DNA of 64,000 bases from Eledone cirrhosa (taxonomy: Eukaryota). The stretch is from assembly GCA_964016885.1 (NCBI GenBank), contig OZ024753.1, positions 18,414,001-18,478,000 of the forward strand. Reading direction: 5' to 3'. Positions 41,086 to 55,400 of the stretch are shown piece after piece. Under the pieces are notes generated by a model that ran no database searches, had not been told where the DNA came from, and saw only the letters and a program-made list of their open reading frames with translations. Position numbers and translations under genes: made by a program. The first letter of the stretch is position 1, and the number at the start of each line of letters is the position of its first letter.

Positions 41086-42774
41086 CTTCGTCTATGTCGC
41101 TTTCCCATTTACATTTATTCACTCACTATCTTTCACTGGAAGAAGTCTGCTGTACTCAGATCGGGAGAAGAAATGGGCTCCGACAGGTTTTTAAATACCC
41201 TAGGAAGACCGTAAAGGTCGTCCCTGTCACTTCCTCGGGAGTTACGGGACCATACATGATGTAATCGCATTCACCTATATAAATATCATTTTAGTTCTTC
41301 AATCAAGCTCGAAGTGAATTAATACTCATTTGGACGAAAAGCAGATAATTTTCAGTGGAAAAATCGAATCAGGTATATCAAAAATATATATTATCCATTT
41401 TAAATATCTGCGGTATGTGAATACACGTTGAATTTTTAAATATATTTTCTCTTCATGGAAACATATTTGAAAACTCGAACAAAAGAACAGCCTTTTATCA
41501 TACCAAACACCGCCAATGACGGCATGCACGTTAGGTAAAAATACCTCTCTGGACAGAAATGAGTGGTCAGTGTGAGGTGAGTGGTATGTAGATGAAACAT
41601 AGTTTCTAATACATATTTAAAAAAAAAAACATTATTTGCTTTTAAATAAATAAATGTTCTCATATATATGCTGTGTTGCACATATATATCTCTCAATTTA
41701 ATATCCGACGCCGCTGTGCTGTACCATCCTTCAGTAGAAAACTGCATTCTACACAATGTGGCTGAAGAGAGGCGTCGATGTTTTTGTTTCTTCCTGCCAG
41801 GTTACATTTTTAGTGTCCAGCTTTGCTATCACAGAATTATGGTTGTGTAGCACTTATATTTCCATTTGGAGTCACCAAGACCTCATAGCGTAATAAGCAT
41901 AATTTTGTCAGCCTAACATATATATTCATATTAACTTGTTTCAATATATTGGCCAGTCCTCCATGAAGAATTAAAGTTGATATTTATACGAGATACATGG
42001 TAAGGTCCAGATAGACGTATAAGGCGATACTTTTTATAGAGAATAGCGGCATACATTTTATTATTTCAGGTATGTGAAGTTTCATACAGATCTTTACTCC
42101 ATGCATTTTCTGAATAATTTAAACTATAGTTTGTGGTGTCTATATATTGTGAGTGACATAGTAGGTTATCTCTTTTCTTTTTACACCAAAGTACACACAA
42201 AACACACAAACACACACAAAACAAAAACGAAAAAAACGAAATACTCATGAGAAATGAACAAAATAATCCATCTTCATTTTAAGCCATACCCTGGTCCATG
42301 TAAACGAGTACAAAAGGGTCGTATTGCATTATATTAAAGCTAGGCTGCACGACGGGTTAAAACAAGTCTCCGACAAATACATGTGCGATAACAGAACAAC
42401 ATAGAGACAAAGAAGTCTTTCGACTAGGATAAGATATGGTGCGGGCATTTGATGTTTGTAAATAGTAGCTTTGGCATATATCTACACTAGTACTCAAATA
42501 CATATTGGCATGAAATTATTCTAAATATAATTCGGTTAATTTTTTTTTTTGCGAGGTTTCTTTGTGAAAACGTGTTTTTGTGAGTTGTGTGCTTAGTTTG
42601 CAGATGCGTTACATCTGGACAACCAGCTAGTGACAAATAAATAAACACACACATAAAACAAACACACACACACGCGGATGTAACGCATGCGCAAACTAAA
42701 CACACAACGCACAACAAACAAAAACAAAATGGTGTAGGACAGTACAAAGGAGATTCACACAAAATAAAAACCTA

Positions 42775-42817
42775 GTCACTGAGGAGGTTACAGAATGTGT
42801 GACGAAATACCTTTGAC
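42775..42817 (+). ncRNA. Degenerate minimal hammerhead
   Basis: GTCA-CTGAGGA-GGTTACAGAATGTGTGAC-GAAA-TACC-TT-TGAC. Confidence 0.55.
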
Positions 42818-42865
42818 AATATATAAACAACCTTCTGGTTATCGAACCAACCAAACGACCAGAAA

Positions 42866-44435
42866 TCTCCTTATAATATATAACCAGCAATTTCTCTGTC
42901 TGTCTGTCCGACAGTGGAAACACGTGCGCGCGTGGTTGCTTTCTCTCTCTCTCTCCAGCCATCCCTCTCTTTTAGTCTGTCTGTTTCTCTCACTCTCACT
43001 CTTTCTCTTTGTAACACACTAACATTCCTCCCCTCTATCGCTGTGACGAATGGGGAGATGGAGGAGGAGGAGGATGAGAGAGTCACTTCGTCACTTCACC
43101 TCTGCCTTTCTTTCTCTCCCATCTCACTCCCTGTCGTCGACCACTGATTCCAACAGCCAGCGTTCTAGGCCAGCATGTGGCACCTGCGTTCCCAGCCATG
43201 GCACGCGCGACATTGGAGTAGTTACCATGGAGTTTGAATTTACAGACGACAACTTTAAGACTGGCTTTTGTGTTTTAACCAACTCACTGGGGCTGGGCAT
43301 ATAATATATATATATATATGTGTGTGTGTTATATGTGTGTGTATGCGTGTGTGTGTGTGTTATATGTGTGTGTGTTAGATGTGTGTGTGTATGTGTGTGT
43401 GTATGTGTGTGCGTGTGTGTGTTATATATGTGTGTGTGTGTATGTGTGTGCGTGTGTGTGTTTTATATATGGGTGTGTGTAAATATGTGTGTGTGTGTGT
43501 ATATATAATATATATATATATATTATATATATATTATATATGTATATTATGTGTGTCTCTCTATATATATATACATATATATAGGTTTAAATGTGTATGT
43601 GTGTGTTAGCATGTGTGCATATGTGCGTATGTATGAGTGTGTGTATGGTATGTGTGTGTTAGCGTATGTGTCTGTATGCGTGTGTGTCTGTCTGTGCGTG
43701 TGTCTGTGTGTATCTGTGTAAGTGTTTGTGTGTGTGTACAGGAATTCATAAGTTTCCTAAGATATGTCTGTATGCTTAATTTTTCTTAAAAATTATAAAC
43801 TGGTTCTTCCTGTCAGAGATAATAATCTGATTTGAGAATAATGCATCTCAAAATATGAACATGGGTGCATATATATATGTGTATGTGTGTGTGTGTGTCT
43901 GTGTTTGTGTTTGTGTTAAATATATATCGACTAGCAGAAAACCACCCACCGGGTGGTTTTCTGCTAGTCTATATATATATAAAACTGAGGATTTCTGTCT
44001 GTGTGTCTGTGAGTTTGAATCCCTAAAACCTGAGAAACACTCAACCGACTGTTTTCAAACTTTACACATGTAATAATTATGTTTCAGGTAGTTTTCTGAG
44101 CAAAAAAAACTTTCAAATTTTCAATGCTCTAGGGACCACATTAGGCGATTTAGCGATCTCTCTCTCTATATAATTATTAGTCTTCCTCTTTTTAGATAGA
44201 TACATACATATAACGTCGCGCCCTAATAATATATGTCTGTATGTCTGGCTGTCTGCATTACGTCACTTCCTACAATTCGCTCTGCGCCCAGGACACATCC
44301 TTATAATATCTGTCTGTATGTCTGGCTGTCTGCTGCCTCCGGTTATTTTGCCATCCTTGCGCAATACTAGCTTAGCTAATGCGGTTATATATTTCACAAT
44401 ATCTTATCCCGTGCAACACCGTGCACCACTGCTAG
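42866..44435 (+). mobile_element. Non-autonomous Helitron insertion, apparently two head-to-tail units (42866-43967 and 43968-44435)
   Basis: 5' TC starts followed by (TA)n and (CTGT)n; 3' GC-rich motif + CTAG. Inserted between A and T of the pLTR (accagaaa|tttataa) with no TSD. Confidence 0.72.
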
Positions 44436-46406
44436 TTTATAATAAATTGAAGTGAAAACCAAAAGGAGCGTGTGTTTTTATTGGCAACATGACCCTTTCA
44501 AAATATAACAATATACTAAATATAATTTTTGACCAATGGAGAATATTTACTACATGGTGCAGTAATTCGCTACATTATACCACACTAACGCAGTCAAGAT
44601 GTTCTGTATAAAATAACTAACTATAAGTTACTTTTATTTGTCTTTAGAGTGTCACATTTTAAGAATATTTTTCTTTATGATTGAAATAATATTCACTTAA
44701 ATTCAAGTTTTATATTAATGACAACCTTACACGTAACACTATGTAAAATGTATTCCCAAAACTTTTGACGCAATAAAATATGTTCGATTATTATGCTTTA
44801 TGTGGCATTATCTATGGAAAAATCGTTGATGTAATCCGATTCTTTGTCATAATTAAAGATGAACTTATCTATCAAAACAGAATCAATAACAGTTGTAAAA
44901 CGTGGAATCTCCACGAGGTTTCCATTACTGATTGTTAATATAATTATCTGTATGTAATATTTATCGACATTTCAAATTGGAATCTCACTTTGTACGAGTT
45001 ATCCTTGACTTTCGTCAAGCAGTTTTTCCCCGTTGCTCATATCTCTTCATCTGTATTAACCAAAAACTATTTTATTGATCCCGTGTTAATTCCTTACATA
45101 ATTCAGATATACATGAGAAGAGAATATGAGAAGTGTATTAAAAAATAATAATAACAGAACTAAAACTAAAATCTTTACATCGCTGTAAAGGTCAAAGTAA
45201 TGTCTTCAATGTCTTTGGAATGTGTTTTCTTCGTCCTTAGTTTTATGTATTTTCATGTTCCTATGTTCAAATGGGAAACACAGATCTTACACCTTATGCT
45301 CATTTACCAGCTGATGTTTATCCTGCATTTCCATAACCTTGGTTCCCTATATCTTCCTGATATGGTACTGATGAAATATAAACTGCAGAGATTTCCTAGT
45401 GCAATAGAGCATAGAAGGCACGGTAGAAATCACAAGGTGTTGACATACCTTTCGTGAAACATATTTAATTCTGATCGATGCTACTCATGATGTTTCAATA
45501 AATATTAGCACATAGAATTAAACTACATGTCACTTCTACTATTTCAATAAATATTAGCACGTAGAATTAAACTACATTGTCACTTCTATTATTATAAGTA
45601 GACTTCTCAACCTATTAAAATTGGCTATTCCATTGACGTCAGAAATCACACCATTTGTACAGTTTCATAAATCATTGTCAAGTGGAAATTGTCGATGTTA
45701 CCTGGACAGCTCTTATCACTAGAAAGTAGAAAATAAAGAATAAATCTCCTTCAATATCTGAAACATCAGTTGCCTAGACTAACATCGACATTGTTTATTT
45801 CATCTTGCTAGTAAAGGTAGTTCTTAACATCAGTATATAGAAAATGAATGGATATATTTACTGTAGAATCTGGAATTATCAGCTGCTATATGATGAACAA
45901 TATATCCTTAGTGAAGTCAAAACTACATTTCTACAACGCAAATATTTCTGTATTGCTATAAAAAAGTATTGAAGATCTGCTAAGAAAACAGGAATGGCAG
46001 TAATAAATAACACACGTGTGATGCTAGGTATCTGACTGTGAGAGTTCTGCGTTCTCGACATTTTCCAAAATGGCTCAAAGCAATAGATTATAAATATTTA
46101 TCAAAACTATTAGCAATTAAATTCTACAATTTAAATATTAAGTTATGAATAAGTATTTCTTATCGTCGATGTTATTTAATCTACAGCCGGAAATAAAAGC
46201 CTGGAACTGATACCATACACATCAACTGCTTCAGTCCGGGGTAGCAGAGCTTTATGAATGTAGGGCAGGTTTATAGGCAAACTGTGTACTAGGTAATATA
46301 TAGATAAAATCATAGAATATATTCATAAACAAATTAAAATGGCCTGAAACTCGTGTGCTGGGATATATGTTATTTCTATCAACGAGAATATAAGATGACA
46401 CTTAAT

Positions 46407-49400
46407 TTTCAACAGACTGTCAGCATCTCTCCCTTCTTTCAACAGAATATCAGCCTTTCTCCCTTCTTTCAATAGACTGTCAGCCTTTCTCCCTTCTTTC
46501 ACCAGACTGTCAGCTTTTCTCCCTTGTTTCACCAGACTGTCAGCCTTTCTCCCTTATTTCAACAGACTGTCAGCCTCTCTCCCTTCTTTCAACAGATTGC
46601 CAGCCTCTCTCCCTTCTTTCAACATACTGTCAGCCTTTCTCCCTTCTTTCAACAGACTGCCAGCCTTTGTCCCTTCTTTCAACAGACTGTCAGCCTTTCT
46701 CCCTGCTTTCAAAAGACTGTCAGCCTTTCTCCCTTCTTTCACCAGACTGTCAGCCTTTCTCCCTTCTTTCAACAGACTGTCAGCCTTTCTCCCTTCTTTC
46801 AACAGACTGCCCCCTTTCTCCCTTCTTTCAACAGACTGTCAGCCTTTCTCCCTTCTTTCAACAGACTGTCAGACTTTCTCCCTTCTTTCAACAGACTGCC
46901 AGCCTTTCTCCCTTCTTTCAACAGACTGTCAGCCTTTCTCCCTTCTTTCAACAGACTGTCAGCCCTTTTCCCTTCTTTCACCAGACTGTCAGCCTCTCTC
47001 CCTTCTTTCACCAGACTGTCAGCCTTTCCCCCTTCTTTCAATAGACTGTCAGCCTTTCTCCCTTCTTTCAACAGACTGTCAGCCCTTTTCCCTTCTTTCA
47101 CCAGACTGTCAGCCTCTCTCCCTTCTTTCACCAGACTCTCAGCCTTTCTCCCTTATTTCAACAGACTGTCAGCCTTTCTCCCTTCTTTCAACAGACTGCC
47201 AGCCTCTATCCCTTCTTTCAACAGACTCTCAGCCTTTCTCCCTTCTTTCAACAGACTGCCAGCCTCTCTCCCTTCTTTCAACAGACTGTCAGCCTTTCTC
47301 CCTTCTTTCAACAGACTACCAGCCTTTCTCCCTTCATTCAACAGACTGTAAGCCTTTCTCCCTGCTTTCAACAGACTGTCAGCCTTTCTCCCTTCTTTCA
47401 ACAGATTATCAGCCTTTCTCCCTGCTTTCAATAGACTGTCAGCCTTTCTCCCTTCTTTCAACAGACTGTCAGCCTTTCTCCCTTCTTTCACCAGACTGTC
47501 AGCCTTTCTCCCTTCTTTCACCAGACTGTCAGCCTTTCTCCCTTCTTTCAACAGACTGTCAGCTTCTCTCCCTTCTTTCAACAGACTGTCAGCCTTTCTC
47601 ACTTCTTTCAAAATACTGTCATCTTTTATCCCTTCTTTCAACAGACTGTCAGCTTCTCTCCCTTCTTTCACCAGACTGTCAGCCTCTCTCCGTTTTTCAC
47701 CAGACTGTCAGCCTCTCTCACTTCTTTCAACAGACTGTAAGACTTTCTCCCTTCTTTCAACAGACTGTCAGCCGTTCTCCCTTCTTTCAACAGACTGTCA
47801 GCCTTTCTCCCTTCTTTCAACAGACTGTCAGCTTCTCTCCTTTCTTTCACCAGACTTTCAGCCTTTCTCCCTTCTTTCAACAGAGTGTCAGCCTCTCTCC
47901 CTTCTTTCAACATACTGTCATCCTTTCTCCCTTCTTTCACCAGACTGTCAGCCTTTCTCCCTTCTTTCAACAGACTGAAAGCCTCTCTCCCTTCTTTCAA
48001 CAGACTGTCAGCCTTTCTCCCTTCTTTCAACAGACTGTCAGACTTTCTCCCTTCTTTCAACAGACTGCCAGCCTTTCTCCCTTCTTTCAACAGACTGTCA
48101 GCCTTTCTCCCTTCTTTCAACAGACTGTCAGCCCTTTTCCCTTCTTTCACCAGACTGTCAGCCTCTCTCCCTTCTTTCACCAGACTGTCAGCCTTTCCCC
48201 CTTCTTTCAATAGACTGTCAGCCTTTCTCCCTTCTTTCAACAGACTGTCAGCCCTTTTCCCTTCTTTCACCAGACTGTCAGCCTCTCTCCCTTCTTTCAC
48301 CAGACTCTCAGCCTTTCTCCCTTATTTCAACAGACTGTCAGCCTTTCTCCCTTCTTTCAACAGACTGCCAGCCTCTATCCCTTCTTTCAACAGACTCTCA
48401 GCCTTTCTCCCTTCTTTCAACAGACTGCCAGCCTCTCTCCCTTCTTTCAACAGACTGTCAGCCTTTCTCCCTTCTTTCAACAGACTACCAGCCTTTCTCC
48501 CTTCATTCAACAGACTGTAAGCCTTTCTCCCTGCTTTCAACAGACTGTCAGCCTTTCTCCCTTCTTTCAACAGATTATCAGCCTTTCTCCCTGCTTTCAA
48601 TAGACTGTCAGCCTTTCTCCCTTCTTTCAACAGACTGTCAGCCTTTCTCCCTTCTTTCACCAGACTGTCAGCCTTTCTCCCTTCTTTCACCAGACTGTCA
48701 GCCTTTCTCCCTTCTTTCAACAGACTGTCAGCCGTTCTCCCTTCTTTCAACAGACTGTCAGCCTTTCTCCCTTCTTTCAACAGACTGTCAGCTTCTCTCC
48801 TTTCTTTCACCAGACTTTCAGCCTTTCTCCCTTCTTTCAACAGAGTGTCAGCCTCTCTCCCTTCTTTCAACATACTGTCATCCTTTCTCCCTTCTTTCAC
48901 CAGACTGTCAGCCTTTCTCCCTTCTTTCAACAGACTGAAAGCCTCTCTCCCTTCTTTCAACAGACTGTCAGCCTCTCTCCTTCTTTCAACAAACTGTCAG
49001 CCTCTCTCCCTTCTTTCAACAGACTGTCAGCCTTTCTCCCTTCTTTCAACAGACTATCTGCCATTCTCCCTTCTTTCACCAGACTGTCAGCCTTTCTCGC
49101 TTCTTTCAACAGACTGTCAGCCTCTCTCCCTTCCTTCAACAGACTGTTAGCCTCTCTCCCTTCTTTCAACAGACTGTCAGACTTTCTCCCTTCTTTCAAC
49201 AGACTGTCAGCCTTTCTCCCTTCTTTCAACAGACTGTCAGCCTCTCTCCCTTCTTTCACCAGACTGTCAGCCTCTCTCTCTTATTTCAACAAACTGTCAG
49301 ACTTTTTCCCTTCTTTCACCAGACTGTCAGCCTCTCTCCCTTATTTCAACAGACTGTCAGCCTTTCTCCCTTCTTTCAACAGACTGTCAGCCTTTCTCCC

Positions 49401-52400
49401 TTCTTTCACCAGACTGTCAGCCTCTCTCCCTTATTTCAACAGACTGTCAGCCTTTCTCCCTTCTTTCAAGAGACTGTCAGCCTTTCTCCCTTCTTTCACC
49501 AGACTATCAGCCTTTCTCCCTTCTTTCACCAGTCTGTCAGCCTCTCTGCATTCTTTCACCAGAATTTCAGCCTTTCTCCCTTCTTTCAACAGACTGCCCC
49601 CTTTCTCCCTTCTTTCAACAGACTGTCAGCCTTTCTCCCTTCTTTCAACAGACTGTCAGACTTTCTCCCTTCTTTCAACAGACTGCCAGCCTTTCTCCCT
49701 TCTTTCAACAGACTGTCAGCCTTTCTCCCTTCTTTCAACAGACTGTCAGCCCTTTTCACTTCTTTCACCAGACTGTCAGCCTCTCTCCCTTCTTTCACCA
49801 GACTGTCAGCCTTTCCCCCTTCTTTCAATAGACTGTCAGCCTTTCTCCCTTCTTTCAACAGACTGTCAGCCCTTTTCCCTTCTTTCACCAGACTGTCAGC
49901 CTCTCTCCCTTCTTTCACCAGACTCTCAGCCTTTCTCCCTTATTTCAACAGACTGTCAGCCTTTCTCCCTTCTTTCAACAGACTGCCAGCCTCTATCCCT
50001 TCTTTCAACAGACTCTCAGCCTTTCTCCCTTCTTTCAACAGACTGCTAGCCTCTCTCCCTTCTTTCAACAGACTGTCAGCCTTTCTCCCTTCTTTCAACA
50101 GACTACCAGCCTTTCTCCCTTCATTCAACAGACTGTAAGCCTTTCTCCCTGCTTTCAACAGACTGTCAGCCTTTCTCCCTTCTTTCAACAGATTATCAGC
50201 CTTTCTCCCTGCTTTCAATAGACTGTCAGCCTTTCTCCCTTCTTTCAACAGACTGTCAGCCTTTCTCCCTTCTTTCACCAGACTGTCAGCCTTTCTCCCT
50301 TCTTTCACCAGACTGTCAGCCTTTCTCCCTTCTTTCAACAGACTGTCAGCTTCTCTCCCTTCTTTCAACAGACTGTCAGCCTTTCTCACTTCTTTCAAAA
50401 TACTGTCATCTTTTATCCCTTCTTTCAACAGACTGTCAGCTTCTCTCCCTTCTTTCACCAGACTGTCAGCCTCTCTCCGTTTTTCACCAGACTGTCAGCC
50501 TCTCTCACTTCTTTCAACAGACTGTAAGACTTTCTCCCTTCTTTCAACAGACTGTCAGCCGTTCTCCCTTCTTTCAACAGACTGTCAGCCTTTCTCCCTT
50601 CTTTCAACAGACTGTCAGCTTCTCTCCTTTCTTTCACCAGACTTTCAGCCTTTCTCCCTTCTTTCAACAGAGTGTCAGCCTCTCTCCCTTCTTTCAACAT
50701 ACTGTCAGCCTTTCTCCCTTCTTTCACCAGACTGTCAGCCTTTCTCCCTTCTTTCAACAGACTGAAAGCCTCTCTCCCTTCTTTCAACAGACTGTCAGCC
50801 TCTCTCCTTCTTTCAACAAACTGTCAGCCTCTCTCCCTTCTTTCAACAGACTGTCAGCCTTTCTCCCTTCTTTCAACAGACTATCTGCCATTCTCCCTTC
50901 TTTCACCAGACTGTCAGCCTTTCTCGCTTCTTTCAACAGACTGTCAGCCTCTCTCCCTTCCTTCAACAGACTGTTAGCCTCTCTCCCTTCTTTCAACAGA
51001 CTGTCAGACTTTCTCCCTTCTTTCAACAGACTGACAGCCTTTCTCCCTTCTTTCAACAGACTGTCAGCCTCTCTCCCTTCTTTCACCAGACTGTCAGCCT
51101 CTCTCTCTTATTTCAACAAACTGTCAGACTTTTTCCCTTCTTTCACCAGACTGTCAGCCTCTCTCCCTTATTTCAACAGACTGTCAGCCTTTCTCCCTTC
51201 TTTCAACAGACTGTCAGCCTTTCTCCCTTCTTTCACCAGACTGTCAGCCTCTCTCCCTTATTTCAACAGACTGTCAGCCTTTCTCCCTTCTTTCAAGAGA
51301 CTGTCAGCCTTTCTCCCTTCTTTCACCAGACTATCAGCCTTTCTCCCTTCTTTCACCAGTCTGTCAGCCTCTCTGCATTCTTTCACCAGAATTTCAGCCT
51401 TTCTCCCTTCTTTCACGAGACTGTCAGCCTTTCTCCCTTCTTTCAACAGACTGTCAGCCTCTCTCCCTTCATTCAACAGACTGTCAGACTTTCTCCCTTC
51501 TTTCAACAGACTGTCAGCCTTTCTCGCTTCTTTCAACAGACTGTCAGCCATTCTCCATTTATTCAACAGCATGTCAGCCTTTCACCCTTCTTTCACCAGA
51601 CTGTCAGCCATTCTCCCTGCTTTCAACAAACTGTCAGCCTTTCGCCCTTCTTTCAGCAGACTGTCAGCCTTTCACCCTTCTTTCAAGAGACTGCCAACCT
51701 TTCTCCCTTCTTTCAACAGACTGTCAGCCTCTCTCCCATCATTCAACAGACTGTCAGCCTTTCTACCTTCTTTCAACAGACTGTCAGCCTTTCTCGCTTC
51801 TTTCAACAGACTGTCAGCCTTTCTCCCTTCTTTCAACAGACTGCCAGCCTTTCTCCCTTCATTCAACAGACTGTCAGCCTTTCTCCTTGATTTCAACAGA
51901 CTGTCAGCCTTTCTCCCTTCTTTCAACAGATTATCAGCCTTTCTCCCTGCTTTCAACAGACTGTCAGCCTTTCTCCCTTCTTTCAACAGACTGTCAGCCT
52001 TTCTCCCTTCTTTCACCAGACTGTCAGCCTTTCTCCCTTCTTTCACCAGACTGTCAGCCTTTCTCACTTCTTTCAACAGACTGTCAGCTTCTCTCCCTTC
52101 TTTCACCAGACTGTCAGCCTCTCTACCTTCTTTCACCAGACTGTCAGCCTTTCTCCCTTCTTTCAACAGACTGTCAGCCTCTCTCCCTTCTTTCAACAGA
52201 CTGTCAGACTTTCTCCCTTCTTTCAACAGACTGCCAGCCTTTCTCCCTTCTTTCAACAGACTGTCATCCTTTCTCCCTTCTTTCACCAGACTGTCAGCCT
52301 CTCTCCCTTCTTTCACCAGACTGTCAGCCTTTCTCCCTTCTTTCACCAGACTGTCAGCCTTTCTCACTTCTTTCAAAATACTGTCATCATTTATCCCTTC

Positions 52401-55400
52401 TTTCAACAGACTGTCAGCTTCTCTGCCTTCTTTCACCAGACTGTCAGCCTCTCTCCCTTCTTTCAACAGACTGTCAGCCTTTCTCCCTTCTTTCACCAGA
52501 CTGTCAGCCTTTCTCCCTTCTTTCAACAGACTGTCAGCCTTTCTCCCTTCTTTCAACAGACTGTCAGCCTTTCTCCCTTCTTTCAACAGACTTTCAGCCC
52601 TTTTCCATTCTTTCACCAGACTGTCAGCCTCTCTCCCTTCTTTCACCAGACTGTCAGCCTTTCACCCTTCTTTCAACAGACTGTCAGACTTTCTCCCTTC
52701 TTTCAACAGACTGCCAGCCTTTCTCCCTTCTTTCAACAGACTGAAAGCCTCTCTCCCTTCTTTCAACAGACCGTCAGCCTCTCTCCTTCTTTCAACAGAC
52801 TATCTGCCTTTCTCCCTTCTTTCACCAGACTGTCAGCCTTTCTCGCTTCTTTCAACAGACTGTCAGCCTCTCTCCCTTCTTTCAACAGACTGTTAGCCTC
52901 TCTCCCTTCTTTCAACAGACTTTCAGCCTTTCTCCCTTCTTTCAACAGACTGTCAGCCTCTCTCCCTTCTTTCACCAGACTGTCAGCCTCTCTCTCTTAT
53001 TTCAACAGACTGTCAGACTTTCTTCCTTCTTTCACCAGACTGTCAGCCTCTCTCCCTTCTTTCAACAGACTGTCAGCCTTTCTCCCTTCTTTCACCAGAC
53101 TGTCAGCCTTTGTCCCTTCTTTCAACAGACTGTCAGACTTTCTCCCTTCTTTCACCAGACTGTCAGCCTCTCTCCCTTCTTTCAACAGACTGTCAGCCTT
53201 TCTCCCTTCTTTCACCAGACTGTCAGCCTTTGTCCCTTCTTTCAACAAACTGTCAGCCTTTCTCCCTTCTTTCAACAGACTGTCAGCCTCTCTCCCTTCT
53301 TTCAGCAGACTGTCAGCCTTTATCTGCCTTCTTTCAACAGACTGTCAGCCTTTCACCCTTCTTTCAAGAGACTGCCAACCTTTCTCCCTTCTTTCAACAG
53401 ACTGTCAGCCTTTCTCCCTGCTTTCAAGAGACTGTCAGCCTTTCTCGCTGCTTTCAACAGACTGTCAGACTTTCTCCCTGCTTTCAACAGACTGTCAGCC
53501 TTTCTTCCTTCTTTCATCAGACTGTCAGCCTTTCTCCCTTCTTTCACCAGACTGTCAGCCTTTCTCCCTTCTTTCAACATACTGTCATCCTTTCTCCCTT
53601 CTTTCACCAGACTGTCAGCCTTTCTCCCTTCTTTCAACAGACTGAAAGCCTCTCTCCCTTCTTTCAACAGACTGTCAGCCTTTCTCCCTTCTTTCAACAG
53701 ACTGTCAGACTTTCTCCTTTCTTTCAACAGACTGCCAGCCTTTCTCCCTTCTTTCAACAGACTGTCAGCCTTTCTCCCTTCTTTCAACAGACTGTCAGCC
53801 CTTTTCCCTTCTTTCACCAGACTGTCAGCCTCTCTCCCTTCTTTCACCAGACTGTCAGCCTTTCCCCCTTCTTTCAATAGACTGTCAGCCTTTCTCCCTT
53901 CTTTCAACAGACTGTCAGCCCTTTTCCCTTCTTTCACCAGACTGTCAGCCTCTCTCCCTTCTTTCACCAGACTCTCAGCCTTTCTCCCTTATTTCAACAG
54001 ACTGTCAGCCTTTCTCCCTTCTTTCAACAGACTGCCAGCCTCTATCCCTTCTTTCAACAGACTCTCAGCCTTTCTCCCTTCTTTCAACAGACTGCCAGCC
54101 TCTCTCCCTTCTTTCAACAGACTGTCAGCCTTTCTCCCTTCTTTCAACAGACTACCAGCCTTTCTCCCTTCATTCAACAGACTGTAAGCCTTTCTCCCTG
54201 CTTTCAACAGACTGTCAGCCTTTCTCCCTTCTTTCAACAGATTATCAGCCTTTCTCCCTGCTTTCAATAGACTGTCAGCCTTTCTCCCTTCTTTCAACAG
54301 ACTGTCAGCCTTTCTCCCTTCTTTCACCAGACTGTCAGCCTTTCTCCCTTCTTTCACCAGACTGTCAGCCTTTCTCCCTTCTTTCAACAGACTGTCAGCC
54401 GTTCTCCCTTCTTTCAACAGACTGTCAGCCTTTCTCCCTTCTTTCAACAGACTGTCAGCTTCTCTCCTTTCTTTCACCAGACTTTCAGCCTTTCTCCCTT
54501 CTTTCAACAGAGTGTCAGCCTCTCTCCCTTCTTTCAACATACTGTCATCCTTTCTCCCTTCTTTCACCAGACTGTCAGCCTTTCTCCCTTCTTTCAACAG
54601 ACTGAAAGCCTCTCTCCCTTCTTTCAACAGACTGTCAGCCTCTCTCCTTCTTTCAACAAACTGTCAGCCTCTCTCCCTTCTTTCAACAGACTGTCAGCCT
54701 TTCTCCCTTCTTTCAACAGACTATCTGCCATTCTCCCTTCTTTCACCAGACTGTCAGCCTTTCTCGCTTCTTTCAACAGACTGTCAGCCTCTCTCCCTTC
54801 CTTCAACAGACTGTTAGCCTCTCTCCCTTCTTTCAACAGACTGTCAGACTTTCTCCCTTCTTTCAACAGACTGTCAGCCTTTCTCCCTTCTTTCAACAGA
54901 CTGTCAGCCTCACTCCCTTCTTTCACCAGACTGTCAGCCTCTCTCTCTTATTTCAACAAACTGTCAGACTTTTTCCCTTCTTTCACCAGACTGTCAGCCT
55001 CTCTCCCTTATTTCAACAGAATGTCAGCCTTTCTCCCTTCTTTCAACAGACTGTCAGCCTTTCTCCCTTCTTTCACCAGACTGTCAGCCTCTCTCCCTTA
55101 TTTCAACAGACTGTCAGCCTTTCTCCCTTCTTTCAAGAGACTGTCAGCCTTTCTCCCTTCTTTCACCAGACTATCAGCCTTTCTCCCTTCTTTCACCAGT
55201 CTGTCAGCCTCTCTGCATTCTTTCACCAGAATTTCAGCCTTTCTCCCTTCTTTCAACAGACTGCCCCCTTTCTCCCTTCTTTCAACAGACTGTCAGCCTT
55301 TCTCCCTTCTTTTAACAGACTGTCAGACTTTCTCCCTTCTTTCAACAGACTGCCAGCCTTTCTCCCTTCTTTCAACAGAATGTCAGCCTTTCTCCCTTCT

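Larger units (their letters stand above)
42572..44513 (+). mobile_element. Solo pLTR of the 24164-25494 Penelope family (42622-42865 + 44436-44513), with a short 5' inversion, split by Helitrons
   Basis: Colinear with 25120-25494; 42572-42617 is the reverse complement of about 42675-42720. Confidence 0.75.
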
